A stretch of 64,000 nt of DNA from Candidatus Thiodiazotropha sp. (GTDB lineage Bacteria; Pseudomonadota; Gammaproteobacteria; Chromatiales; Chromatiaceae). Both the position numbers and the translations under genes were made by a program. The notes under the pieces were generated by a model. That model saw only the letters and a program-made list of their open reading frames with translations, ran no database searches and had not been told where the DNA came from. Shown one piece after another: positions 49,653 to 58,918 of the stretch; position 1 is the stretch's first letter, and each line of letters starts with the position of its first letter. The DNA lies in NCBI GenBank assembly GCA_965211775.1, contig OZ242974.1, positions 4,442,188-4,506,187 on the forward strand, given 5' to 3'.

Positions 49653-52171
49653 TGGTTGAACGGCGCCGCTCGTTCAATCAATGAGTCCAGATCGGGCTCA
49701 TCGTGATTGAGGGGCTTCCCAGGATGAATGCATTTCGCCGGACAGAGTTCAGCCGCCTGCACCAGCTGAGCATAAGTGGCATTGCCGAGATCCCCGAGCA
49801 TGGCCTGCTTCTCGTCGTTATAGATGAAGAGCTGCGGATTGATCGGCAGGCAGTCATTGCAACTGGTGCAGAGAGGGGTATCGATCCAGGGGTCGTCAAA
49901 ACTTAGGCTCTCTTGTTCTTCTTCATCAGGCGGCTCGCTCTCCTCGGCTTCCTCGCTCTGTTGTTCCGGCATCACTTCATCACTGCCCATGGCGACTGGC
50001 CCGGAGGGCATGTCGCCGCGACGCACCCCCCCCTCGACATCCAGGCCAAGCAGCACATCCGTGAGTCGCTGCATGGCCTCGCCGGCGGCTTCGTTTCTCA
50101 CCCGCTCCACCTCTTCGGCATGTGCAGCCTGTATGCGAACCAGCTCGTTGCTGGCCAGCTCACGCTCCTCCGCACGGGTTTTTTCCACCGCCATATCGAC
50201 ATAGCGGTTGCGCACGCCCGCCATCTCCTGCAGGGTGTGCCAATAGTTGAGGCGGTCACGGCAAGCCAGCGCGAGCTCTCTCGAGATCACCACGCGGTGC
50301 AGCATGGCGTTGCCGTCGATGGCCCAGACAAACGGCACCCGTCTATAGGCCTCCTCCGGGCTCATGGCCAGATAGTCCTGTATCGATAACAGCCCGTCTG
50401 AATCGCAGCCGGCCGGGATCAGTCGAAAGTGGTCTCGTAGACGCTCGATCAGCAGGGCGTAATCGGCAAAGGTGAATGCCAGTTCTGTGGTGACACTATT
50501 GCCGTTGTCATCCAGGTACCGAAACGGGTGCAAGGGCCAGTCCCGATCAGCCTGTGGATTACCGCTGAAATCCATCCGCACCGCTGCCGAATCGCCCGCC
50601 TCCGGGTTGATGCGGAAAAAGGGGTGGGCCCGGCTTTCGATGGCGGCGCCAGCCACCAACCAGGCATTCAGCGGAAGCAGTCTGCCGGGTGGACGCATGC
50701 CCGTATTGATGACATGCAGACTGGTGCGGGTGGCGTCCAAAGCCATCAGGTAGCACTTCAACAGGTGCTGATGCCGGGCAGCGGATGACTGGTCGACAAC
50801 GGCTTGACGATGACTGATGCCCAGATAACTCAATTCGGTCCGGTAACTCTTGAGCGGATCGCCATCGAGAGCGGCACCGGGATCGGCATGCGCCAACACC
50901 CGGATCAGAATCTGTACAGGCCGCCCCGAGCTGAGCAGCCGGGAAAAGGTACGCAATCCCTCGCCGGCCACCTGATCGGCCGATCCCAACGCGATCACCG
51001 AGGGCACCATTCGCAGCTCTTCTTGCGAAAAGGCCTCCCAGCTGAAATTGGCGAACCAGGGATCGTGAATCTCCGGGTTGTAGATGGCGTCGATCTCCAG
51101 CTGTGCGATACGCACCGCACTGTAGATCGAGGTCAGCTTCTCAGCCTCGCGATCGAATATCTCCATCGCTTTGGCGCAGGGATCATGATCGGTGATCTCC
51201 TGGCAGAAATCGACCTCCTGAAGCCAGGGATCGGTAAGCGTGCCAATGTGCAGAAAACGGACCAGCACCGGGTCGGGATGCCAACCTTGCATGATCTCCA
51301 GCGCATGTTCGATACGCTCGCGCCGCTCCTCTGAAATAGACCGGGTGCCCCGGGAATGATCCATCACCGCGGAGAGTATCACGGGGTCGAAGCGTTCACC
51401 GCCCAGGCCGACACTGTCTCGGGCCATCTTGGGTTCGATCGACTCATCGGATTTGATCCATTCGACTTCGAGGAGCTCCTTCAGGCCGCGTATGGAGGCA
51501 TCGATTCGCTCCTGAAAACGTTGTTGCATGTGGGTAAACTGACTGCGTACCGCATGAATCAGAAGATGGAGTGCGGGATAGCGGCCATAACCCAGCAGCT
51601 GGGCGCCTTCCGGCACAGACTGCAGCAACAGGTTCAGGTCATCTTCCAGTCTCTTTCTCTCCTGTTCATCGAGACCTAGATGCGTCTGTAGCGCGATGCA
51701 GGACTCCGCCAATGTCGCTCCGGCATCCACCGGGCCTTCGCGTTGCTGCAACGACTTGCGAATATGATGCTCCAGCCATGGCAGATGGTGTTTCAGAATC
51801 CTTGCCTTCCCCTCCTCCGGTGCATTGGCGGCCACGGCCTCCTGAAGCCATTGCACAAGGGGACAGGCAAGTTCTTCGGCTGTCTGATAGGTCTCTTCGG
51901 TATTGGGAGGAAAAAGGAACAGGGGGTAGTCATAGCGTAGCCTGGACGTATCGCGGTAGGGATCGAGCAGGGCCGGGAGATAGTCGTCGCCAATCGATTC
52001 CAACTGTGCCTTGGCCGCAGGATCACCCAGGTGGAAATGGCGCAGAAGAAACATCAACTCACGGGTTGCACGGGCATCCTTGACTGCCGTCGGCAGGGAT
52101 GGCACACGCCCCGATTCATTGCTGGGCAACTGGGTCGATTGCTCCTCTGCGGCCTTTTGTATCGTTGTCAT
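49649..52171 (-). CDS. 840-aa uncharacterised protein: PFOR domain-VI-like region, coiled coil, acidic linker and C-terminal ferredoxin-like domain
   Basis: It is a paralog of the C-terminal half of the 44225..48805 protein (VIALGSADQVAGEGLRTFSRLLSSGRPVQILI; SRAHPFFRINPEAGD; YWHTLQEMAG). The C-terminus is PLCTSCNDCLPINPQLF...AELCPAKCIHPG. Its stop overlaps the rnfB ATG (ATGA). Confidence 0.7.
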   Translation of the reverse strand: MTTIQKAAEEQSTQLPSNESGRVPSLPTAVKDARATRELMFLLRHFHLGDPAAKAQLESIGDDYLPALLDPYRDTSRLRYDYPLFLFPPNTEETYQTAEELACPLVQWLQEAVAANAPEEGKARILKHHLPWLEHHIRKSLQQREGPVDAGATLAESCIALQTHLGLDEQERKRLEDDLNLLLQSVPEGAQLLGYGRYPALHLLIHAVRSQFTHMQQRFQERIDASIRGLKELLEVEWIKSDESIEPKMARDSVGLGGERFDPVILSAVMDHSRGTRSISEERRERIEHALEIMQGWHPDPVLVRFLHIGTLTDPWLQEVDFCQEITDHDPCAKAMEIFDREAEKLTSIYSAVRIAQLEIDAIYNPEIHDPWFANFSWEAFSQEELRMVPSVIALGSADQVAGEGLRTFSRLLSSGRPVQILIRVLAHADPGAALDGDPLKSYRTELSYLGISHRQAVVDQSSAARHQHLLKCYLMALDATRTSLHVINTGMRPPGRLLPLNAWLVAGAAIESRAHPFFRINPEAGDSAAVRMDFSGNPQADRDWPLHPFRYLDDNGNSVTTELAFTFADYALLIERLRDHFRLIPAGCDSDGLLSIQDYLAMSPEEAYRRVPFVWAIDGNAMLHRVVISRELALACRDRLNYWHTLQEMAGVRNRYVDMAVEKTRAEERELASNELVRIQAAHAEEVERVRNEAAGEAMQRLTDVLLGLDVEGGVRRGDMPSGPVAMGSDEVMPEQQSEEAEESEPPDEEEQESLSFDDPWIDTPLCTSCNDCLPINPQLFIYNDEKQAMLGDLGNATYAQLVQAAELCPAKCIHPGKPLNHDEPDLDSLIERAAPFNQ

Positions 52172-52225
52172 TTCAGAAAAACTCTCGTTGCGATCAGGAG
52201 TTCGTCAAGCTTTCCGATTTCGTGA

Positions 52226-53179
52226 TCAGATAGTGATTCGGTCCAACACTGCGTTGAAGCCCTCCAGCCTTTTCTCAGGCGTCATCTCCACACCCTGACT
52301 CGACAGATCCTCGTAACACTGGGCATCCGGGTTATGGTAAAGCAGTCCCAACGGCAGTCTCGCGGTGTCTGCTGCGAGCTGGAAGGCCCGGGCCAGATCG
52401 GAGGGATCGTGTTCCGTCCGATTGGGGAATTGACGGCTGACACTCTTGTCCACTGGAATTCCCCGCTGATGCTGCAACAGCAGGAACCGGTCCGGGTTCT
52501 GCTGCAGCTCCTTTGAAAAACTGTCCGCATAGACCGGGCAACGCTGAATAATGCGGACAAACCCAGTTCCCTTGTGTCGGTATGCGGCTTTTAATGTTTC
52601 GTAGAGTAAAGGGGGATTCCAGTCAGCCACCTGTGCCACGAAAGAGACGTTGGTAACACCCAGCGTTACCGTCAACGGATTATGCGGCTCGAGTATGGCG
52701 CCGAAAGGATGGGTGTTGGTCTTGAAGCCATGGGGGCTGGTGGGAGATGTCTGGGCCTTGGTCAAGCCGTAGATGGCATTGTCAAACACCATCAGAGTCA
52801 TATCCATGTTGTAGCGCAGAGCATGGATCCAATGAGCGGTGCCGATAGAAAAACAATCACCGTCTCCCGTCGCCACCCACACATCCAGTTCAGGCCGTCT
52901 GGCCTTGATGCCGCAGGCAACGGGCAGCGCACGTCCGTGCAGGCCGTGAAAACCGAACGTGCCGAGGTAATGGGGCATACGGCTGGAACAGCCGATACCG
53001 GAAACACATACGGACATCTCCGGCCGCTGCTGCTCGTCGCGCAAGACCTTTTGTGCGGCTGTCAGCACCGCATGATCACCGCAGCCGGGACACCATCTGG
53101 CCTCGCCGCCCGCATAGTCGCCCATGGTGAAATAGCGCTCAAAGACTTCGAGTGACCAGTCAGCTTTCAATCCGAACAT
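52226..53179 (-). CDS. korB: 2-oxoglutarate/2-oxoacid:ferredoxin oxidoreductase beta subunit (TPP-binding)
   Basis: It has WCPGCGDH and the TPP motif GDGDCFSIG...MVFDNAIYGLTKAQ. Confidence 0.9.
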   Translation of the reverse strand: MFGLKADWSLEVFERYFTMGDYAGGEARWCPGCGDHAVLTAAQKVLRDEQQRPEMSVCVSGIGCSSRMPHYLGTFGFHGLHGRALPVACGIKARRPELDVWVATGDGDCFSIGTAHWIHALRYNMDMTLMVFDNAIYGLTKAQTSPTSPHGFKTNTHPFGAILEPHNPLTVTLGVTNVSFVAQVADWNPPLLYETLKAAYRHKGTGFVRIIQRCPVYADSFSKELQQNPDRFLLLQHQRGIPVDKSVSRQFPNRTEHDPSDLARAFQLAADTARLPLGLLYHNPDAQCYEDLSSQGVEMTPEKRLEGFNAVLDRITI

Positions 53180-55080
53180 CAGCCCTCTCCTTGCAATGCT
53201 TCGAGTCTTTTTACGAGTTCATTCTTGATCATTCCCGGCTGCAGCGGGTGTCCATATACCACCGACCAGCAATCGATATCGATCAGGGTATGGGCGCGTA
53301 ACAGCAGGGCAAGCTGGGCATAACGGCGTGTCTCGTCGGTAATCAGGGGTGAACCGGGATCATCACTGTAGTTGATCTCCACCGTCATCACTTTGCGAAA
53401 ACCCTTGAATATCTCTTTCAGCCCGGGCTCCATGGGTAAAATAAAGCGAAGATGCAGGGAAGAGACTCGATGGCCGTCAGCACGCGCACGATCCACCGCC
53501 TCCTCAATGGCGCCAAGGGTTGAGCCCCACCCGACCACCAGCAGATCGCCGGAATCATCGCCGTGCACGACGGGGGGTTTCAGGGTACTGGCCAGGGCGG
53601 CAAATTTACGACTGCGCATATTCGCGCCGTGCTGGTTTGAATCGGAATCGTAGGCCACCTTGCTGTGGTTGGTGTGGGCAAGGCCGGTGAGGATGTACTG
53701 ACCACCCTGCATGCCCGGTACGGGTCGGGGGGAGAGCCCACTCTCCGAATCCCAATTGTAGGGAGGAATATGCTCATCCCAGTCCGATTGGTCGATGGGC
53801 GGCGCCATCCAGTCCAGGCTTGGCTCCGGTCTCTGGTAGGGTTGAACCCCGGTTGCCAGATTCGCGTCTGTCAGCAGTATCACCGGAGTTCGGAACGCTT
53901 CGGCAAGCCGTCGCGACATCACCACAAAATGCAGGCACTCCTCAATCGTGGCTGCGGCGATCACCACCTTGGGTGCATCGCCAGGCTCCCCGAAAAGCGC
54001 AGCCAGCAAGTCACCCTGCTCTACCTTGGTGGGCAGGCCGGTGGATGGGCCGCCCCGCTGCACGACACACACCACCAGGGGGAGTTCCGCCATCACCGCC
54101 AATGCCAGCATCTCTGTCTTAAGGGCCAGTCCCGGTCCTGAGGTGATGGTACAGGCGGTCTTTCCGGCAAACGAGGATCCAATGGCGAAACCGGCGGCGG
54201 CTATCTCATCCTCGGCCTGATGCACAAAGCCCCCAACCTCATGGTAGACATCCGCCAGGTAGTGGGATGCGGAGGTCGCCGGCGTGATCGGGTACATGGA
54301 AACCAGTTCCATACCGGATGCCATCACCCCGAGTCCCAATGCTGTATTCCCATTGGTGACGATATAACGCTTCCCCTCCCTGTCCTCTGCCGGCTGAGCT
54401 GGAACCTGGTAACTCAGACCCAGTCTCTCTGCGGCAAACCGGTAACCGGCGTCGAACAAGCGGTGATTCATGTCGATCGCCTTGTCGCCCTTGCGTTTGA
54501 AGGTGGTGGCGATCTCGCCTTTGGCAAGTTCCACATCCCGCGAATAGATACGGCACAACATCCCCAGCACGAACATATTCTTACCACGCCGGGGATTCGG
54601 CGTGATCTCCAGACAGGCCGTTTCAATCGGCAATTCGTGAACGATCAGGCCGTTTCTACGAAACTCGGCAACCGCCTTCGCATACTGCTCACGGATTTCA
54701 GGCACGCTGTCGTCGCGCCATTTATCCTCCAGCAGCACTTGGGTGCCCTCTTTGTATGCGCCGTTGACGATGCGTGAATAGAGAACCTGTTCGTTGAAGG
54801 CGACCACAATATCGGCTTCGTCGCCCATATTGGTAACCGCATGTGACGCCAGACGAATCCGGATACCGCTGGCGCCGGCCGGTGAGCGTGCGGGGGATTG
54901 AATCTCGGCGGGAATGATCTCCACCGTCCAGACACCATTGCCCATTCGGGCGGATACCGTGCCAAAGGTCTGGCCGGCTTTTTGTGCGCCTTCACCGGAG
55001 TCGCTGACGATCTCCACGATGTGCTCACGGGTTAGCGTCAACCTCGGAGCAAGCTCCTCGGCAGTTGTTGCATCCACCAC
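53179..55080 (-). CDS. korA: 2-oxoglutarate/2-oxoacid:ferredoxin oxidoreductase alpha subunit (gamma-alpha fusion type)
   Basis: The 633-aa protein has an N-terminal gamma-like domain (GEGAQKAGQ) followed by an alpha domain (MYPITPATS, QAEDEIAA). It overlaps korB by 1 nt. Confidence 0.9.
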   Translation of the reverse strand: MVDATTAEELAPRLTLTREHIVEIVSDSGEGAQKAGQTFGTVSARMGNGVWTVEIIPAEIQSPARSPAGASGIRIRLASHAVTNMGDEADIVVAFNEQVLYSRIVNGAYKEGTQVLLEDKWRDDSVPEIREQYAKAVAEFRRNGLIVHELPIETACLEITPNPRRGKNMFVLGMLCRIYSRDVELAKGEIATTFKRKGDKAIDMNHRLFDAGYRFAAERLGLSYQVPAQPAEDREGKRYIVTNGNTALGLGVMASGMELVSMYPITPATSASHYLADVYHEVGGFVHQAEDEIAAAGFAIGSSFAGKTACTITSGPGLALKTEMLALAVMAELPLVVCVVQRGGPSTGLPTKVEQGDLLAALFGEPGDAPKVVIAAATIEECLHFVVMSRRLAEAFRTPVILLTDANLATGVQPYQRPEPSLDWMAPPIDQSDWDEHIPPYNWDSESGLSPRPVPGMQGGQYILTGLAHTNHSKVAYDSDSNQHGANMRSRKFAALASTLKPPVVHGDDSGDLLVVGWGSTLGAIEEAVDRARADGHRVSSLHLRFILPMEPGLKEIFKGFRKVMTVEINYSDDPGSPLITDETRRYAQLALLLRAHTLIDIDCWSVVYGHPLQPGMIKNELVKRLEALQGEG

Positions 55081-55330
55081 ATCATTGGCCCTCGTTACAA
55101 AGAAGTGAAACGATTTCCTGCGCCCTGTTAATTCTGGTTCTGTCAGGGCTTCGTCATGAAAAAAGCCTTGTATCTTCCCTGCTGTTTATGTCCACATTAA
55201 ACGCAGTGGTATTAAGAAGTCAATTTTGAAAAATCCGATCGGCTAGCGAATCGGGCAGAACCAGGGCAAGAATTGACCGGTCTTTTTACAGCTAAAACTT
55301 CGGCTTACCGGCAACCAGCATCAGTGGCCT

Positions 55331-55870
55331 TCACCACATCAAATCGTCAGGCACGATATAGTCGGCATAGGGATCGTCGCCATCATCCTGCTGTTCACGA
55401 TCATTGCGTACAACGATACAATCGCGGTTTCTCATACTGATTTTGTCTGCCACTGCGGTAGGGATGACGTCATAGCGATCATCTATCTTGACAATCGCCA
55501 GCCGCCCGCCGATCAGTTGGCCATGAATCTCGTCTGTGATAAGAATCCGCCGCACCTTGGCTTCGTCATTGAAATGGTAAACCACCTCGCCCTCCTCCAA
55601 CGAAAGACGATTCATCTCAATCAACTGCCTGATCTGGGCGGCAATCGCTTTTTGCTTCGCCTGCTCATTCTTTTTCTGATTCAGCGCACGATCCCGTTCG
55701 ACATCCTCGGCTTTCGCCTGTTTTGCCCAACGCACGGCTTGGTCTTCCGTTTTCTGCTTGCGATGCCGCTGCTCTTTCTCCCTGCGTTGTTTTGCCTTCT
55801 TCGCCTTGTTGACTTTGTTCTTGTCAGTTAAGCCGGCCTTGAGCAGCTGATCCTGTAGTGAGTTAGCCAA
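55331..55870 (-). CDS. DUF2058-family (YaiL-like) protein
   Basis: It has the N-terminus SLQDQLLKAGL.DK, a lysine-rich coiled region, and an acidic C-terminus ending DDLMW. Confidence 0.7.
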   Translation of the reverse strand: MANSLQDQLLKAGLTDKNKVNKAKKAKQRREKEQRHRKQKTEDQAVRWAKQAKAEDVERDRALNQKKNEQAKQKAIAAQIRQLIEMNRLSLEEGEVVYHFNDEAKVRRILITDEIHGQLIGGRLAIVKIDDRYDVIPTAVADKISMRNRDCIVVRNDREQQDDGDDPYADYIVPDDLMW

Positions 55871-55894
55871 TACAATCTCCGGTACTAGACAAAA

Positions 55895-56530
55895 ATGGAG
55901 ACCCCCCAGCTCTGCTGGGGAGGCATCAACAGTTTGACAGAAACAGGAGTCTCATAGTAACCCCAAAGCGTGAGCCGCCAAGCAACACGCTAAGGAGAAA
56001 CCATGAGACAAGTAGAAAGTTTAAGCCACACGAGATGGGAGTGTAAGTACCATATTGTGTTTATCCCGAAGTACCGGAGGAAGACGCTTTTTGGGCAGAT
56101 CAGGCAGGAGCTTGGAGAGGTATTTCATCGGCTGGCGAGGCAGAAAGAGAGTTTGATAGAGGAAGGGCATGTTATGGCTGATCATGTTCATATGATGATA
56201 TCGATACCACCAAAATATGCGGTATCGCAGGTAGTTGGGTTTATCAAAGGTAAAAGTGCGATCCACATAGCCCGTACCTACCTGGGTCGGAAAAGGAACT
56301 ATGTTGGCCATCATTTCTGGGCCAGGGGATATTTTACCTCGACGGTAGGCAGGGATGAGCAGGTGATTCGGGAGTATATACGGCAGCAGGAAGCGGAAGA
56401 CCGTAGGATTGATCAGTTACAGTTGATGTAACAGCCCCTTTGAGGGGCTCAAGGAGCCAATAGGCTCCGTTTTACAGACCGCTTCGAGCGGTTCACAACT
56501 AAAGCCCCCGGCTTTGCCGGGGGATACTTA
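55895..56530 (+). mobile_element. IS200/IS605-family element (boundaries approximate)
   Basis: A Y1 transposase gene is flanked by hairpins: CCCCAGC-TCT-GCTGGGG (55903..55919) upstream, and AGCCCC-TTTG-AGGGGCT, GGAGCC-AATA-GGCTCC and CCCCCGGC-TTTG-CCGGGGG (56433..56523) downstream. Confidence 0.75.
56003..56431 (+). CDS. tnpA: IS200-family Y1 (HUH) transposase TnpA
   Basis: The 142-aa protein has W.CKYHIVFIPKYRRK, the HUH motif DHVHMMISIPP, and catalytic-Tyr region GYFTSTVG. Confidence 0.92.
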   Translation: MRQVESLSHTRWECKYHIVFIPKYRRKTLFGQIRQELGEVFHRLARQKESLIEEGHVMADHVHMMISIPPKYAVSQVVGFIKGKSAIHIARTYLGRKRNYVGHHFWARGYFTSTVGRDEQVIREYIRQQEAEDRRIDQLQLM

Positions 56531-56902
56531 CTCGTGGTAATAAAGCGCAGATCGATCAGTCAGCATCATACCGCAGTTGCGTATCGCTCTCCATCCAACC
56601 CATCGATAATCTAATGTTTCGCGTTCGGCGCATATGGCGTCGATCAACGTGGCCGAACCTTAAATTTCACACATCATATTCCCCTGAATCTGATATTGCT
56701 CTGTAGCCGCTTGATGACTATTCCTTTGTTGCGTGAAGCGTAATCACGCTACACATTTTTTTAACGACCTGGACGTTATCCACAATTTACTACCTAATCT
56801 GTTTATTTCTGCTAAAGTCAGCATTTGGGCATAATACCGTTGCCCGGCCGCTTCATAACTGTACCTTGGAATGAATCCTGATCGCCATATGGATTTCTAG
56901 AA

Positions 56903-57829
56903 ATGACAAAAAAAAACAAATCACCTGCACCCATCGATACTGATCAAACCGTCAGCGAAGCTGTCCAGATCATTCTCAAACATAATTACAATTATCTGCT
57001 TGCATGGGAACAGAGTGCACGTTCCTGGGACGACATAGAGGGCGTGCACCAAACACGGGGCGCGTTCAGGCGGATGCGTTCAGCCCTGTCGGCCTTTCGT
57101 GCAGCCATTCCTCGCAAAGTCAGTAAACCCTGGTCCAACGAGTTACGGGACCTTGCCGGTCGATTGGGGATGGCGCGGGACCTGGATGTCTTCATCGACG
57201 AAGGGCTTGGTGCGATACGAGGCAAACTGCCGCTGCGGGGGGAAGAGGGGGTTACCCAAATCGCCCACCAGCACAGGGAACAGGCCTACCTGCAAGTCAA
57301 CGCCATGCTCGACAGCGACCAATACAAACACTTCAAAGATAATTTTCCTATATGGATCGACGGTAAGGAGTGGGAACAGGCGGAATTGAAGACTAAACAC
57401 CGAAACAACTTATCAACCAACATTGTCCCCTTTTCCCGTAAGTTGCTGGACAGCCTTGAACGAGGTGTATTGGAAGCCGGCAGTCATGTGAATAAGGAAT
57501 CAGCGCACGAAATGCATAAGCTGCGCATCGAATGCAAAAAACTACGTTATGCAGCCGAATTCTTCATTCCGGTCCTGAAGGGGTTGGATGACTTTATACG
57601 CCACATGAAAAGATTGCAGGATCTGCTGGGCATCTTGAACGATGTATCGGTCATGAAGCATCTTCTGGATATCATGATGGAAAATGAAGACAACCATGAA
57701 ATCCTGGAGTATGCCGGAGGCCTGGTCGGCTGGCGTACGCGTCAATATTATGAAATGCTGGATACCTTTGATGAGCGTTGGGATGAGTTCATCAATGCAA
57801 AGCAACCCTGGTGGAGAAAACATCCCTGA
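56903..57829 (+). CDS. CHAD domain-containing protein
   Basis: The 308-aa helical protein has CHAD-type motifs (VHQTRGAFRRMRSAL..F, ARDLDVF, HKLRIECKKLRYAAEFF, LQDLLGILNDV). Confidence 0.8.
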   Translation: MTKKNKSPAPIDTDQTVSEAVQIILKHNYNYLLAWEQSARSWDDIEGVHQTRGAFRRMRSALSAFRAAIPRKVSKPWSNELRDLAGRLGMARDLDVFIDEGLGAIRGKLPLRGEEGVTQIAHQHREQAYLQVNAMLDSDQYKHFKDNFPIWIDGKEWEQAELKTKHRNNLSTNIVPFSRKLLDSLERGVLEAGSHVNKESAHEMHKLRIECKKLRYAAEFFIPVLKGLDDFIRHMKRLQDLLGILNDVSVMKHLLDIMMENEDNHEILEYAGGLVGWRTRQYYEMLDTFDERWDEFINAKQPWWRKHP

Positions 57830-57832
57830 TAG

Positions 57833-58915
57833 TTAGTGGATCTCTGCTGAAAATTCACTCTGATCGGCAGCAAGGTATTCAGATACGGTTCTGCGCTGTT
57901 TTTTAGACTTGTTTTTGGTATTGATGAACAGAATATCGGTATTCCCGTCTGCACACGACCGAATCACGGTTGCACCCAATCCTTTACGCCTCACCATGGT
58001 GTCATTACCGATCATTCTTACATCCGGAAGCCACTTACTGAACTCATAGTCAATCTGCACACCTGAACGTTGCGGCCTGTGTCCGTGGATCACGACTTCT
58101 ATTTTCAATGTCTTGAAAAGCATATTTATCGATTTACCGTGCTTCTTATAATACTGCGCTGCATCCTTAACGTCATAGAGTAGATAATTCTTCCGTTTGT
58201 TGTCTCGCGCGTAGGCATACAGCTGCATTGCTTCAGGGCTTTTGAAGGCTTTCTCATAGTGGTCCGAATTGAATTGATTCAGATTATTTCCCGTCACCTC
58301 ACCGTAGTGTTGCAATGTACGCAAAAACTCCAGCGTCGGATAACCATGAATAAAAATAATTCCTCTCTCCAGATGAAACAGATCCAGAGATTCAATGAAC
58401 AGCTTTAAATCCTCCAAGTGACCCGCTTCAAGACCGATATTCTTGCCGGCCTCGATTTTTTGCCAGATCTCCTGTTCATGATTACCGACAATTATCTTCA
58501 CTCGCCCTCCTTTCAACTCCGCTTGTCGCCGAATCTGACACCAGAAATCCACAACCGAAGGATCGGGGTTCTTTTTATCCACCAGGTCGCCCGTGTGAAA
58601 TAGAGTGATACCATTCAGATCGTCTGCCAGCTCTTCCCGGTCATTGAGGAGTGTGGCGTAACCCAATGTATTTTTGACTGAGACAATTTCATTGTCAGTA
58701 TCGGACAGCACGATGCATCTGAGGTGTTTTTCAACAGGTTGATCAGAAGATTCCGTTTCTTGCTTTTGAATCGGCGCCGTTGATTGTGTCGATGACTCAG
58801 TATCTTCTTGTCTCTTTACTGAAGGGGGATTTGGGCGTTTCAACAGGTGCCGTGCTAGACGGAATAATGGTTGAAAAAGGCTGAGCAGGCCTGCCTCCTT
58901 TATTCGTTTATTCAT
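57833..58915 (-). CDS. metallophosphoesterase-family protein with ~70-aa N-terminal extension
   Basis: Calcineurin-like motifs are present: VLSDTD, TGDLVDK, GNHEQE, IHGY, HGHRP. Confidence 0.7.
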   Translation of the reverse strand: MNKRIKEAGLLSLFQPLFRLARHLLKRPNPPSVKRQEDTESSTQSTAPIQKQETESSDQPVEKHLRCIVLSDTDNEIVSVKNTLGYATLLNDREELADDLNGITLFHTGDLVDKKNPDPSVVDFWCQIRRQAELKGGRVKIIVGNHEQEIWQKIEAGKNIGLEAGHLEDLKLFIESLDLFHLERGIIFIHGYPTLEFLRTLQHYGEVTGNNLNQFNSDHYEKAFKSPEAMQLYAYARDNKRKNYLLYDVKDAAQYYKKHGKSINMLFKTLKIEVVIHGHRPQRSGVQIDYEFSKWLPDVRMIGNDTMVRRKGLGATVIRSCADGNTDILFINTKNKSKKQRRTVSEYLAADQSEFSAEIH

Positions 58916-58918
58916 CGT

